Made by a program: the position numbers and the translations under genes. The notes under the pieces are model-generated. The model was given only the letters and a program-made list of their open reading frames with translations. It was not told the DNA's origin and made no database searches. DNA of 64,000 nt, from IMG/VR virus record IMGVR_UViG_3300017917_001562, positions 44,582 through 108,581 of that record; one strand, 5' to 3'. Of the stretch, positions 1-7,902 are shown piece after piece; the first letter of the stretch is position 1; each line of letters starts with the position of its first letter. This DNA is from a virus.

Positions 1-85
1 GTGCTGGGCTTGTGTCGTCAGACATTTATTCTCCGAATAATGTACAGTTATTTAATACTGTAATTGTTCGAAGAAATATTTTTTC

Positions 86-382
86 TTAGCTTAAATTGTT
101 TTCCCAAGTATTCAATTTGTCCAAAATCAGCGCAAAATGACTGGCTTCGCCGGGAATTTCAAAAGCCACACACTGTTGCATAGCGATGTGTTTATTTTCT
201 GGATTTTCAACATAAGCATCTCCAGCAAAAAATCTTCCGTCGCAGTTTTCATTGACCCAGTCTGTAATTTTTTTAACATTGCATCTGAGATCAAATTGAA
301 CTTTAGTAAAATGTGGCGGGCAATGATCTAGCTGTCTAAGCCCAAACACATTTAAAGGATTAACTTCACCGTACTTTAACAT
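86..382 (-). CDS. hypothetical phage protein; possible distant member of the small LRW-type family
   Basis: 98-aa ORF with W-V-x-E-N core and C-terminal 'VAFEIPGEASHFAL', similar to the array proteins. Confidence 0.6.
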   Translation of the reverse strand: MLKYGEVNPLNVFGLRQLDHCPPHFTKVQFDLRCNVKKITDWVNENCDGRFFAGDAYVENPENKHIAMQQCVAFEIPGEASHFALILDKLNTWENNLS

Positions 383-465
383 ATTTGATTTTATTCTTAA
401 GTTGTTGCATATACCATTTTACATAGGCCCAACGCTCGGGACCAAGTTTCAAAAATTTTTTAATA

Positions 466-936
466 TCAAATTTCATCTTGTTTCTTGCAAAGTTCGCAAA
501 CAGTTAAAAATTGTTCGTAGGCATTACGAACTGCGGGATGAGTCATCAGCTTATCTGCTTCTTGTTCTAACGCCTTAATACCAGCTTCGGCAATATCACG
601 GATGCTGTTGTAATGTACATAACGACCTCGTTCGCCCATTACTTTCTTAAAGTGTTCCCATGCGTCATATTGTTCGTTAGTTAGTACTCTATTATTTTCT
701 TCATCACGCTTCATGTCTGAAGCATCACCTATTGCCTTACACATTTTATCAGCTGCAACACGACCTGCGGCAATCATGGCTGCATAGTTTGGATTAATGT
801 TGTAGAAGGTGCTTTGCCCACCCGGATAACTCACGATCAAATGTGTACCTTTTGGAAGGGCATCCATTAGTGTTTGATCATATTCTGAAACAGGCTTATA
901 CCGTCGACCTACTTTTTCATAGAATATCTTCTTCAT
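466..936 (-). CDS. hypothetical phage protein
   Basis: 156-aa ORF, coupled to the upstream gene; ends in an 'HPAVRNAYEQF..L' helix. Confidence 0.7.
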   Translation of the reverse strand: MKKIFYEKVGRRYKPVSEYDQTLMDALPKGTHLIVSYPGGQSTFYNINPNYAAMIAAGRVAADKMCKAIGDASDMKRDEENNRVLTNEQYDAWEHFKKVMGERGRYVHYNSIRDIAEAGIKALEQEADKLMTHPAVRNAYEQFLTVCELCKKQDEI

Positions 937-1213
937 TGTCTTTACCGTTGCTGTGAGTGTTACGATGGTTGTCTATGTCTTGAAACAGTTTCTTTTCTTG
1001 GGCTGTTGGTTCTTTAAATGTTTTTCTGGGATTACTACACATTACACATTTAGGATCTCCACAGTTCATAGCGTGGTGTTTGGCAAATCTGTGTCCTTGA
1101 TGTTGATGTTCAGGTGCACCATGCGACTTGGCAATTTTTTGTTGTTTATGAATAGCAGTTTCTTCTTGATGTAGTCGCTTGCTGTGTTTGAACTTGTCGT
1201 TGGGATCACTCAT
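917..1213 (-). CDS. small Cys/His-rich putative zinc-binding protein
   Basis: HxxxCxxxxCxxC (HAMNCGDPKCVMC); AAGGA RBS and consensus promoter upstream. Confidence 0.7.
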   Translation of the reverse strand: MSDPNDKFKHSKRLHQEETAIHKQQKIAKSHGAPEHQHQGHRFAKHHAMNCGDPKCVMCSNPRKTFKEPTAQEKKLFQDIDNHRNTHSNGKDNEEDIL

Positions 1214-1230
1214 ATTTTGTCCTTGTATTA

Positions 1231-1259
1231 ATTATATAGCCAAAACGGTTTTATGTCAA
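1231..1259 (-). promoter_or_regulatory. consensus sigma70 (early) promoter
   Basis: - strand TTGACA-17 nt-TATAAT directly upstream of 917..1213. Confidence 0.85.
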
Positions 1260-1261
1260 TG

Positions 1262-1549
1262 TTACATCCATTTTAATCTAAACCAATTGGCATCTTCTGG
1301 AGATTCAAAAGCTATTTTTACGCCTTGAATTTTATATTCACTTTGGCAATTTTCTTTTAACCAATCTCTTTTTTGTTGACATAAATTATCTGTGACCATA
1401 TGATTGGTAACATGAACAACATATCCGGACCCAAGAGCATTGTTTACCAATGTCCACCCCGATACTTCTACCCAAACACTAAAGTCTATTTCGTATTGAA
1501 CCTGCTCAGCTAGTTGATTTAGAATGTGTTCTTGTATATTATTGTTCAT
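1262..1549 (-). CDS. LRW-family small protein
   Basis: WLKEN core; ends FESPEDANWFRLKWM. Confidence 0.75.
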   Translation of the reverse strand: MNNNIQEHILNQLAEQVQYEIDFSVWVEVSGWTLVNNALGSGYVVHVTNHMVTDNLCQQKRDWLKENCQSEYKIQGVKIAFESPEDANWFRLKWM

Positions 1550-1551
1550 TG

Positions 1552-1773
1552 TTAACTCCATCTAAGACAAAAAGCTGTCAGTGTCGGTTTATCGGGCAAC
1601 ACCACAGTCATACCTTGGACCTTACTTTTATTTTGTTTACACCACACTTGTAGATCATCGTAGTGTATATTCCAGTATGCTATGTCTGACAGCACAATCA
1701 ACAATTCGCCGCCTGTTACTAGCGTATCAGGAATAATGAATCTTCGTCGGTGACCGTTGTCAAGTAAACTCAT
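1552..1773 (-). CDS. LRW-family small protein
   Basis: WCKQN core; ends TAFCLRWS. Confidence 0.75.
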   Translation of the reverse strand: MSLLDNGHRRRFIIPDTLVTGGELLIVLSDIAYWNIHYDDLQVWCKQNKSKVQGMTVVLPDKPTLTAFCLRWS

Positions 1774-2129
1774 CTTACTAAGTTTAACATGGTTTGATAT
1801 TGTTGCCAAAGATCTTGAAGTCCGGGATGTTGATGTCTAAGCCTAGTTTCTTCTTCTTGCTTATATACAATTTCTTGAATATCTCGCTTTAGGTCTACTG
1901 CATGTTGCTTTTCTTCCAACCATTGATCGTGTTCCATTAAAGCACGAAAACGATCTTCAGGCATGTGAATTTCTACACAAGTAAGATCCTCATATGGATT
2001 ATTGTTATAAATGTTTGGATCACTGGCCCATATTTTATAATCAACTCGTCTTACTCGTCTATGCATTTTTGTACTAGGCACTACATAAGCATCATATTTG
2101 TAACAAAACTCTGTAAAATCTTTTGTCAT
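1770..2129 (-). CDS. hypothetical phage protein (not LRW family)
   Basis: 119-aa ORF; ends HPGLQDLWQQYQTMLNL. Confidence 0.7.
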   Translation of the reverse strand: MTKDFTEFCYKYDAYVVPSTKMHRRVRRVDYKIWASDPNIYNNNPYEDLTCVEIHMPEDRFRALMEHDQWLEEKQHAVDLKRDIQEIVYKQEEETRLRHQHPGLQDLWQQYQTMLNLVR

Positions 2130-2130
2130 T

Positions 2131-2415
2131 TTAACTCCATTTTAATAACCATAAAGCTATATCGTCTTTATGTGTAAATCCCCACCATTCTTGTTGATTA
2201 TGAAAGTCGGAACTGTAAGACAGAATTTGGCCGCGGCAATGCAAATTACACCAAGTCCAGTATTCGTTGGAAAATTTAACAGGTTTAACACAAACAAACC
2301 ATTTACTGGGCTTGTGCGGTTTAACTTGTTCTGGCACCCAAAGTCCACTATCATCGTCACCAAGTCCTGGGCGAATATCGTTCCAAAATTCTTTGAACTG
2401 CTTTCGATTTATCAT
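2131..2415 (-). CDS. LRW-family small protein
   Basis: WC core; ends DDIALWLLKWS; start overlaps the upstream stop (ATGA). Confidence 0.75.
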   Translation of the reverse strand: MINRKQFKEFWNDIRPGLGDDDSGLWVPEQVKPHKPSKWFVCVKPVKFSNEYWTWCNLHCRGQILSYSSDFHNQQEWWGFTHKDDIALWLLKWS

Positions 2416-2624
2416 GACCACTTCAACAATGTTAACAAGGCTTTTTTCTCGTCTGCGAAATGCCAAGTAGTACCATAAGTGGGGCTCCTTAGATTCATAT
2501 CATATGTACGCCACCAGTCTTGTTTAAACTCACCTACATAAGTTTCTAACCACTCATTAAATGATACATCTGGTACTAATGAACGATGAAGACCCTTGAG
2601 TTGACTTTGATGTATTTTATTCAT
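2412..2624 (-). CDS. LRW-family small protein
   Basis: WLETYVG core; ends FADEKKALLTLLKWS. Confidence 0.75.
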   Translation of the reverse strand: MNKIHQSQLKGLHRSLVPDVSFNEWLETYVGEFKQDWWRTYDMNLRSPTYGTTWHFADEKKALLTLLKWS

Positions 2625-2626
2625 AC

Positions 2627-2857
2627 TTACGCCCATCGCAGTTTCCATATTACATATAGTTCTGGAGTCAAGTATAAAGCAGTATTACTGTCGGGATCAT
2701 CTCGCATTGGTCGCCATAAATCAGGATCTTGCACTCGGATCCACTCAAACATACCCTCGGGGGTCCTAAATCCTTCAAAGCTTGGATCATCAAAACAATA
2801 TGTTTTGTATCCGTGTGTAAAAAGTTCGTAACGACCGTTGCGTGGCAAATGACTCAT
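2627..2857 (-). CDS. LRW-family small protein
   Basis: ends YVIWKLRWA. Confidence 0.75.
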   Translation of the reverse strand: MSHLPRNGRYELFTHGYKTYCFDDPSFEGFRTPEGMFEWIRVQDPDLWRPMRDDPDSNTALYLTPELYVIWKLRWA

Positions 2858-3066
2858 CGGTTTCCTTTTAAAATAAACCACACAGCATCCTGCTCACGCT
2901 CAAACCACACTGTTCGACTACCGTAGTAGAGATAGAACTTACCAGGCGAATCCATTAACTGCAATTCACGCTTGAGTTGGGCATAGTTCCAATTTAGGTT
3001 GATTGTGCGTAGAACAGGATGCCAGTGCTGTTGCCGAACCTTTTTATCTTTGTTCCAATATTTCAT
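2854..3066 (-). CDS. LRW-family small protein (variant end)
   Basis: ends WFEREQDAVWFILKGNR. Confidence 0.75.
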   Translation of the reverse strand: MKYWNKDKKVRQQHWHPVLRTINLNWNYAQLKRELQLMDSPGKFYLYYGSRTVWFEREQDAVWFILKGNR

Positions 3067-3290
3067 GACCACCTTAATATAAACCAACTCATATCTTTAC
3101 GAGCATCCGGATAATCTAAAAAATAAAAATTAATTAAATCGTGTGTAATAGTATTACCATCACTGTGATATTGATTAGTAATGTAATGTGGACAGTTTTT
3201 CTTTGCCCATTGAATAGCACTATACAAATCAAGTTTACTACGGTCTACTGTTATGTAGTTATCAGTAATCTTCATATGCCAGTTGTCCAT
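3063..3290 (-). CDS. LRW-family small protein
   Basis: WAKKNC core; ends DMSWFILRWS. Confidence 0.75.
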   Translation of the reverse strand: MDNWHMKITDNYITVDRSKLDLYSAIQWAKKNCPHYITNQYHSDGNTITHDLINFYFLDYPDARKDMSWFILRWS

Positions 3291-3502
3291 CAACTCCACC
3301 TTAACAAAAATGCTGTATAATCTTCTTCATGCTCAAATACCGCAGTAACAAACTTGTTGTCTTTGTCCTCGACCATTTTGCAGCCAAACTCCTGTAACCA
3401 TTTTTTTCGGCTTTCTTCTAGTCCCAACGACTGAACACCAAGTGTTTCACGCCACGCACGACGAAACATTGAATGATGCTTTTTTAAATCTACTTCAATC
3501 AT
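3290..3502 (-). CDS. LRW-family small protein
   Basis: ends FEHEEDYTAFLLRWS. Confidence 0.75.
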   Translation of the reverse strand: MIEVDLKKHHSMFRRAWRETLGVQSLGLEESRKKWLQEFGCKMVEDKDNKFVTAVFEHEEDYTAFLLRWS

Positions 3503-3558
3503 GACCACCTCAATGCTAGCATTGTAGCATGATTTGCATATTTTCGTCTAACAAATTG

Positions 3559-3639
3559 ATAAATAAAAATGCGAGTCGCGATGCGTCAACATCCACCCGC
3601 CCTAACAGTTGAAAAGGAACTATCAGCATGAATATTTAT
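3559..3639 (+). promoter_or_regulatory. structured leader of the GIY-YIG gene (TAAATA, bulged hairpin, RBS-occluding hairpin, opposing TAAATA)
   Basis: same architecture with compensatory stem changes at 37259-37336. Confidence 0.65.
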
Positions 3640-4002
3640 TCCCCGGCACGACCCCCATCTGGGTATTATGTTTACGCATATATAAGATCAAAAGATTCGA
3701 AAACAGGTAAAGCAGGGACTCCGTATTACATTGGTAAAGGCAAGGGCAATCGAGCCACTCGACGTCACGGAAAAAACCCTATTCCAGATTTTGATTTCAT
3801 AGCAATATGTGAAGAAAATTTAACTGAAATTGGTGCATTAGCGATTGAACGATTCCTTATACGTGTTTGGGGGAGAAAAGATATCGGTACCGGAATTTTG
3901 TTAAACAGAACAGACGGCGGGGATGGGACATCGGGTAGATCAGCAGAGTCAATCTGCACCCAAACTGCGCCACCAAGGTCTACCCATCTTGGATCATTAT
4001 GA
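3628..4002 (+). CDS. GIY-YIG homing endonuclease, truncated after the catalytic domain
   Basis: YVYAY...YYIGKG...R...E...[10 protein letters not shown] motifs; the last ~20 aa are antisense of the interrupted gene. Confidence 0.8.
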   Translation: MNIYSPARPPSGYYVYAYIRSKDSKTGKAGTPYYIGKGKGNRATRRHGKNPIPDFDFIAICEENLTEIGALAIERFLIRVWGRKDIGTGILLNRTDGGDGTSGRSAESICTQTAPPRSTHLGSL

Positions 4003-4150
4003 TCTACAATTAAAGGGCCCACAGGCCACCTTACTTTGATAACAACACCAGGAACAAACCTCCACCAAAGTTTTTGCCAAATGTTTAATCCGCAAGGCAA
4101 ATATCTGCCAGACGGCAATTGAAATAAACTTTTAATTTCCCACTTAGCCA

Positions 4151-4552
4151 TTATGAATATTTCAATGCTATCATTACGGCATCTTGCTCATTGTTAGTTG
4201 CTACAAACACTTTATCCTCACCGCCTAGTTCGTTTACTGTCCATTCCCAATCAGTAGAAGGCTCACACATAACACGATGAAACTCCCAAACAGCATTTTC
4301 ACCTAAAGCACGAGCAGGCCAAAAATAATGTTTTGTATCTTCTCGCACGGTCCACCCAAACGGTTGTTCTAAGTTAAAAAACTTGTTAGGATCAACGATA
4401 ACAATATGTTTAAAATTTCTAAAAATATCTTTGATACGAGTAGCACGGACATTAACGGTTTGTTCATACCATGCCTTATACTCACGCTCTGCTTTTGTAT
4501 AACCAGTTGTGCGAGTAAGATACCAATCTTTGATATTGTCGAATAAAATCAT
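4151..4552 (-). CDS. LRW-family protein (longer variant)
   Basis: ends NNEQDAVMIALKYS. Confidence 0.75.
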   Translation of the reverse strand: MILFDNIKDWYLTRTTGYTKAEREYKAWYEQTVNVRATRIKDIFRNFKHIVIVDPNKFFNLEQPFGWTVREDTKHYFWPARALGENAVWEFHRVMCEPSTDWEWTVNELGGEDKVFVATNNEQDAVMIALKYS

Positions 4553-4555
4553 GGT

Positions 4556-4795
4556 TTATTCTGCTAATACTTCAAACAGTTCAGCATACTGTGTTTCGGG
4601 TTCATCAACGAATCCAGTATAGACCCATACTCTGCGACAATAAACTTTTTTAAGCCACACCCAACGGTTGTTAATAGTTTTATGCGGCAACAACACAAAT
4701 GTTTCAACCCAGTCGTGTTCTACCGCGGTTATGTCGCCTATGTTTGGGATAAACATTGCTCCTCTAACTATTTCTTTAAATAGGGAAAAACTCAT
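4556..4795 (-). CDS. hypothetical phage protein (not LRW family)
   Basis: W...F.LLP.KT...WVWLKKVY pattern, loosely like 16283..16540. Confidence 0.65.
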   Translation of the reverse strand: MSFSLFKEIVRGAMFIPNIGDITAVEHDWVETFVLLPHKTINNRWVWLKKVYCRRVWVYTGFVDEPETQYAELFEVLAE

Positions 4796-5013
4796 GCCCA
4801 CCTTAACGCTAATAAAATGTAAATTTTTTCATGAACATCAAATACATTATAGTTGATATGCCATTTTTCGTCAATGTTTTGAAACCATTGTTTATCTTCC
4901 TGCTCACAGAAAGATGTTCTTAACCAAATACTAACTTCTTTTTTACAAGATATAGTATACCAAGATTCATTATTAACTATAGCCTTAGTCCTTACTTTGA
5001 AGTTAGATTTCAT
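4792..5013 (-). CDS. LRW-family small protein
   Basis: ends YILLALRWA. Confidence 0.75.
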   Translation of the reverse strand: MKSNFKVRTKAIVNNESWYTISCKKEVSIWLRTSFCEQEDKQWFQNIDEKWHINYNVFDVHEKIYILLALRWA

Positions 5014-5258
5014 ACCCACCTCAACGCAAACATAGTATATTTTTTCTCATCTACCACTGCAACCTGCACAACTTCGTATCCGTGCCTACCATATATATCT
5101 TGTTTAGGACATAGATCTAATCTGAGCCCGGCTGTTTGTTCAATATGATACTTAAACCCAAGCATACGGTCCTCTCCAGAACTGGGCCAATCTGGGTCAT
5201 ATTCCATATAACATTTGTTTAGCAAACGATTTACGGATTTTGTATCTATAAATCTCAT
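5010..5258 (-). CDS. LRW-family small protein
   Basis: ends VDEKKYTMFALRWV. Confidence 0.75.
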   Translation of the reverse strand: MRFIDTKSVNRLLNKCYMEYDPDWPSSGEDRMLGFKYHIEQTAGLRLDLCPKQDIYGRHGYEVVQVAVVDEKKYTMFALRWV

Positions 5259-5467
5259 GAGCTCCACCTCAATGCAAACATAGTTGCATCCTTGCTATTG
5301 CGGAAGTAATAATCCACACCCTTCATTGAGGGCACTCGATTCCAGCGACCTTTAAACGGGCCCATGTTTTCGCCTAGCCATTCCTCAATCTTGTAATGCC
5401 CGGCGTGATCCATGGGCATAGAGATAGGAATCTTTGCTGGCCAAATTTCTTTCTTTAGTTGTCTCAT
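5255..5467 (-). CDS. LRW-family small protein
   Basis: WLGENMG core; ends FRNSKDATMFALRWSS. Confidence 0.75.
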   Translation of the reverse strand: MRQLKKEIWPAKIPISMPMDHAGHYKIEEWLGENMGPFKGRWNRVPSMKGVDYYFRNSKDATMFALRWSS

Positions 5468-5754
5468 GACCACCTCAACTCTAAGAATGTTACCATTTCC
5501 GGAGGAACTAAGAATACACTTTCAAACCATAGGTACCATGTGAACTTTTCTCGTGAGAAATGTTCGTTCATCCACACAACCTCTGGACCTAATACATCTA
5601 CGCAAACATAATCTTCATATCCCATGGGAGGGGCACGGCCAGTATCAACACGCGGCGGAATCAGGAATGTTGATTCATATTCGGCCAACCATTTAGCGTG
5701 AGCGGCTAGTTCGTTATCCGGTATCAGAGCAACACTTTGGAAATTTACTTTCAC
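5464..5754 (-). CDS. LRW-family small protein
   Basis: GTG start in a GTGA overlap; ends VTFLELRWS. Confidence 0.75.
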   Translation of the reverse strand: MKVNFQSVALIPDNELAAHAKWLAEYESTFLIPPRVDTGRAPPMGYEDYVCVDVLGPEVVWMNEHFSREKFTWYLWFESVFLVPPEMVTFLELRWS

Positions 5755-5984
5755 GACCACCTCAACATAAACCAAGTATACGCTTGTTCATCATAAAAGT
5801 CAATATACCTATCACCGTAACCGCTTAACGGATTTATGGGTTTGGCTATCCAAAAGTTTGCCGACCAGTCCATGAGAGCATGATTGATTTCTTCCTCGCC
5901 AAAACTATCTGGTAAAAAGTTATACCACCATCTTGGGATTTCAGATGGATGGCGATCTTCTTCAAATATCTTTATTCTAATCAT
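5751..5984 (-). CDS. LRW-family small protein
   Basis: ends FYDEQAYTWFMLRWS. Confidence 0.75.
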   Translation of the reverse strand: MIRIKIFEEDRHPSEIPRWWYNFLPDSFGEEEINHALMDWSANFWIAKPINPLSGYGDRYIDFYDEQAYTWFMLRWS

Positions 5985-6190
5985 GACCACCTCAACACAA
6001 ACATCATATAATCATCTACACGGCGAAATTCAAATACACCTTCACTAACATAACGCCAGTTCTGTTCCTTGAATCGTCCTCTACACCATTCCATCGCAGG
6101 CAACCAGCCCCAGTGCTCATACTCCTTGTGTGCAGGTTGAGGCACACTTGCAATAATCCAACTGTTGATAGGATTTCTTGGCAATTTCAT
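5981..6190 (-). CDS. LRW-family small protein
   Basis: EWC core; ends FRRVDDYMMFVLRWS. Confidence 0.75.
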   Translation of the reverse strand: MKLPRNPINSWIIASVPQPAHKEYEHWGWLPAMEWCRGRFKEQNWRYVSEGVFEFRRVDDYMMFVLRWS

Positions 6191-6441
6191 GACCACCTCA
6201 GAATAAACATACTAGCGTCTTTTTCTTTTTCAAACATCCAGATGCTACCTCGACCTTGATGGTTACCTTGTAAGTTTTCTCTGCACCATTTTTTGATTTC
6301 GTATATCTGCGTCTCGTGCATCCTTGCGGGCCACTTTATCTCAACCTTTGTATAGCCTAGTTTAATCATCATGTCGCACATGATTTCCCAGTCTGTTTCT
6401 TCCTGGAGGGTTTTTGCAAGGTCTTGTTTTATTATTGTCAT
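6187..6441 (-). CDS. LRW-family small protein
   Basis: WCREN core; ends FEKEKDASMFILRWS; 'ETDWEI' resembles 'EIDFSV' of 1262..1549. Confidence 0.75.
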   Translation of the reverse strand: MTIIKQDLAKTLQEETDWEIMCDMMIKLGYTKVEIKWPARMHETQIYEIKKWCRENLQGNHQGRGSIWMFEKEKDASMFILRWS

Positions 6442-6659
6442 GACCACCTCAACATAAACAAAGTAGCATGTGCGGGATCAGAAAACCACATTACATATCC
6501 AGAGCCGGGTTCTAGTCGCCAGTAGTGTTCGCTAGCTGGTTTTCCATATTGACAGTTATTAGGACTACCAAAAGTTTTTAAACACCATGCCCACCAAACA
6601 GGCAGGCCTTGTTGATTATATACATGTCTATGTTTCATGGGTACAATTACAATATTCAT
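6438..6659 (-). CDS. LRW-family small protein
   Basis: WCLKTFG core; ends FSDPAHATLFMLRWS. Confidence 0.75.
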   Translation of the reverse strand: MNIVIVPMKHRHVYNQQGLPVWWAWCLKTFGSPNNCQYGKPASEHYWRLEPGSGYVMWFSDPAHATLFMLRWS

Positions 6660-6901
6660 GACCACCTCAACGCAAATAACATAGCCTTTTTTTCGTCTAC
6701 GATAGAGATCATAGTATCACCTAACCTTGCGCTATACACTCCCCACTCATCGCCCGCTTCAGGCTCAATATCAATGCCGTCAGGCCAACTATTTTTTAAC
6801 CAACGGCCACCGGGTCCTACATTGTTGTATAACCAATGTTCTAACTCTACAAACTGTATCCGGTGTTTGCTCATAATGGTAGTAGCATCAAAGTTAATCA
6901 T
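6656..6901 (-). CDS. LRW-family small protein
   Basis: WLYNNVG core; ends DEKKAMLFALRWS. Confidence 0.75.
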   Translation of the reverse strand: MINFDATTIMSKHRIQFVELEHWLYNNVGPGGRWLKNSWPDGIDIEPEAGDEWGVYSARLGDTMISIVDEKKAMLFALRWS

Positions 6902-7146
6902 GACCACCTCAGCGTTGTAAGCATCATGTCTTGCTCAAATTCAAAATAAAATCGGCCGGTTGATTCACAAAAACTATATCGGCCATGGCTGGGATAATTG
7001 TTACACCAGTTTACAATAGCTGCTTCTTTAACGAGCCATTCTAAAGTACCAGTATCGTAACTATCGAACTCTTCCTTATTCCAAAAGTTAGTAGAGTCTA
7101 CAACATATTTGAAATTTTCTATGTCTAAGTTGGCTATTTTCTTCAC
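6898..7146 (-). CDS. LRW-family small protein
   Basis: GTG start; ends FEFEQDMMLTTLRWS. Confidence 0.75.
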   Translation of the reverse strand: MKKIANLDIENFKYVVDSTNFWNKEEFDSYDTGTLEWLVKEAAIVNWCNNYPSHGRYSFCESTGRFYFEFEQDMMLTTLRWS

Positions 7147-7355
7147 ACCCACCTCAACAGTGCAAACATTCTATCTTTTTCATTTGTAATATACCACAAG
7201 TCAACACCATTAAGTGTGCCCTGGTATTCTGTTTCTATAGAATTTTTTTCACACCACTTATGAAAGTTTATTCTTTGCTGTGAGCTAACAGTAAAGCCCC
7301 GCGGATCACCTACTAATTTTACTCTGCCCTTTTCTGCAAAAACTTTAGTGGTCAT
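7143..7355 (-). CDS. LRW-family small protein
   Basis: WCEKN core; ends NEKDRMFALLRWV. Confidence 0.75.
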   Translation of the reverse strand: MTTKVFAEKGRVKLVGDPRGFTVSSQQRINFHKWCEKNSIETEYQGTLNGVDLWYITNEKDRMFALLRWV

Positions 7356-7555
7356 GCCCACCTCAGTGCAAACCACTCTTTGTTTTCTCTAACTTGAAAT
7401 ATGTATCCGTTAGAGCCTGAACTTAGAAGAAAGTATTCTACTTTGTTTTCGCGCATCCAACCGTAGATGTCAAGCCACTCCTGAAATGTGCGAACAAGGT
7501 AAGTAGGGTAACCTGCCCAACCTGGGTAGCTAGTAGATTCGACTTTCATATTCAT
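7352..7555 (-). CDS. LRW-family small protein
   Basis: WMREN core; ends EWFALRWA. Confidence 0.75.
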   Translation of the reverse strand: MNMKVESTSYPGWAGYPTYLVRTFQEWLDIYGWMRENKVEYFLLSSGSNGYIFQVRENKEWFALRWA

Positions 7556-7562
7556 TGTGTTA

Positions 7563-7901
7563 TCAATCATGAAAATCGTAATCGTAGCAGTGTCTAATTT
7601 CGTGTCCTAAATTTGAAGTGCTGGTGTTGGTACCTGTAATTACAGTACACTGATCACCTCGCCAAACAGCACAACCAACAATTCTATTTTTACCAAATCT
7701 ACCATTGGTGCTTTTATCACAGATTTGTTGCAGCTCTTGGTCAGACACTTGACGCCAAGTAATAGTTCTTACTCTTGTTTGTGATTTAGCAGTACTGATG
7801 TGTTCGGCGTTGTATTCCCATGCCTTAACGGGGTTGACAGGTTGAGCACTACAACCAGATACTGCTGCAACAATCGCAAAAACTAAAGACATTTTTTTCA
7901 T
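7563..7901 (-). CDS. lipoprotein with HExxH zinc-peptidase-like motif
   Basis: signal peptide with lipobox VSGC; LGHEIRHC near the C-terminus. Confidence 0.7.
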   Translation of the reverse strand: MKKMSLVFAIVAAVSGCSAQPVNPVKAWEYNAEHISTAKSQTRVRTITWRQVSDQELQQICDKSTNGRFGKNRIVGCAVWRGDQCTVITGTNTSTSNLGHEIRHCYDYDFHD

Positions 7902-7902
7902 G

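Larger units (their letters stand above)
3499..4151 (-). pseudogene. LRW-family gene split by an antisense GIY-YIG insertion (N-part ~3939-4151, orphan C-part 3499-~3558)
   Basis: 3499-3558 reads FVRRKYANHATMLALRWS* with an in-frame stop shortly upstream and no full-length start; the 4151 ORF loses array-like character after 'QIDSAD' where it enters the antisense of the endonuclease. Confidence 0.65.
2412..7366 (-). repeat. dispersed gene-junction repeat TTGAGGTGGTCATGA (L-R-W-S-stop / RBS / start)
   Basis: exact + strand TCATGACCACCTCA at 3499, 5464, 5981, 6187, 6438, 6656, 6898; near copies at 2412, 3063, 4792, 5010, 5255, 5751, 7143, 7352. Confidence 0.9.

Noticed and set aside
3765-3938. 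C-terminal part of the 128-aa ORF 3765..4151 as real protein
   Set aside because: It is the antisense of the GIY-YIG catalytic domain and is best explained as read-through after the insertion.
3499-6912. Regularly spaced 14-15 bp repeat as a CRISPR array
   Set aside because: The repeat is too short, the intervals are mostly ~200-290 bp intact ORFs, and no cas genes are present.
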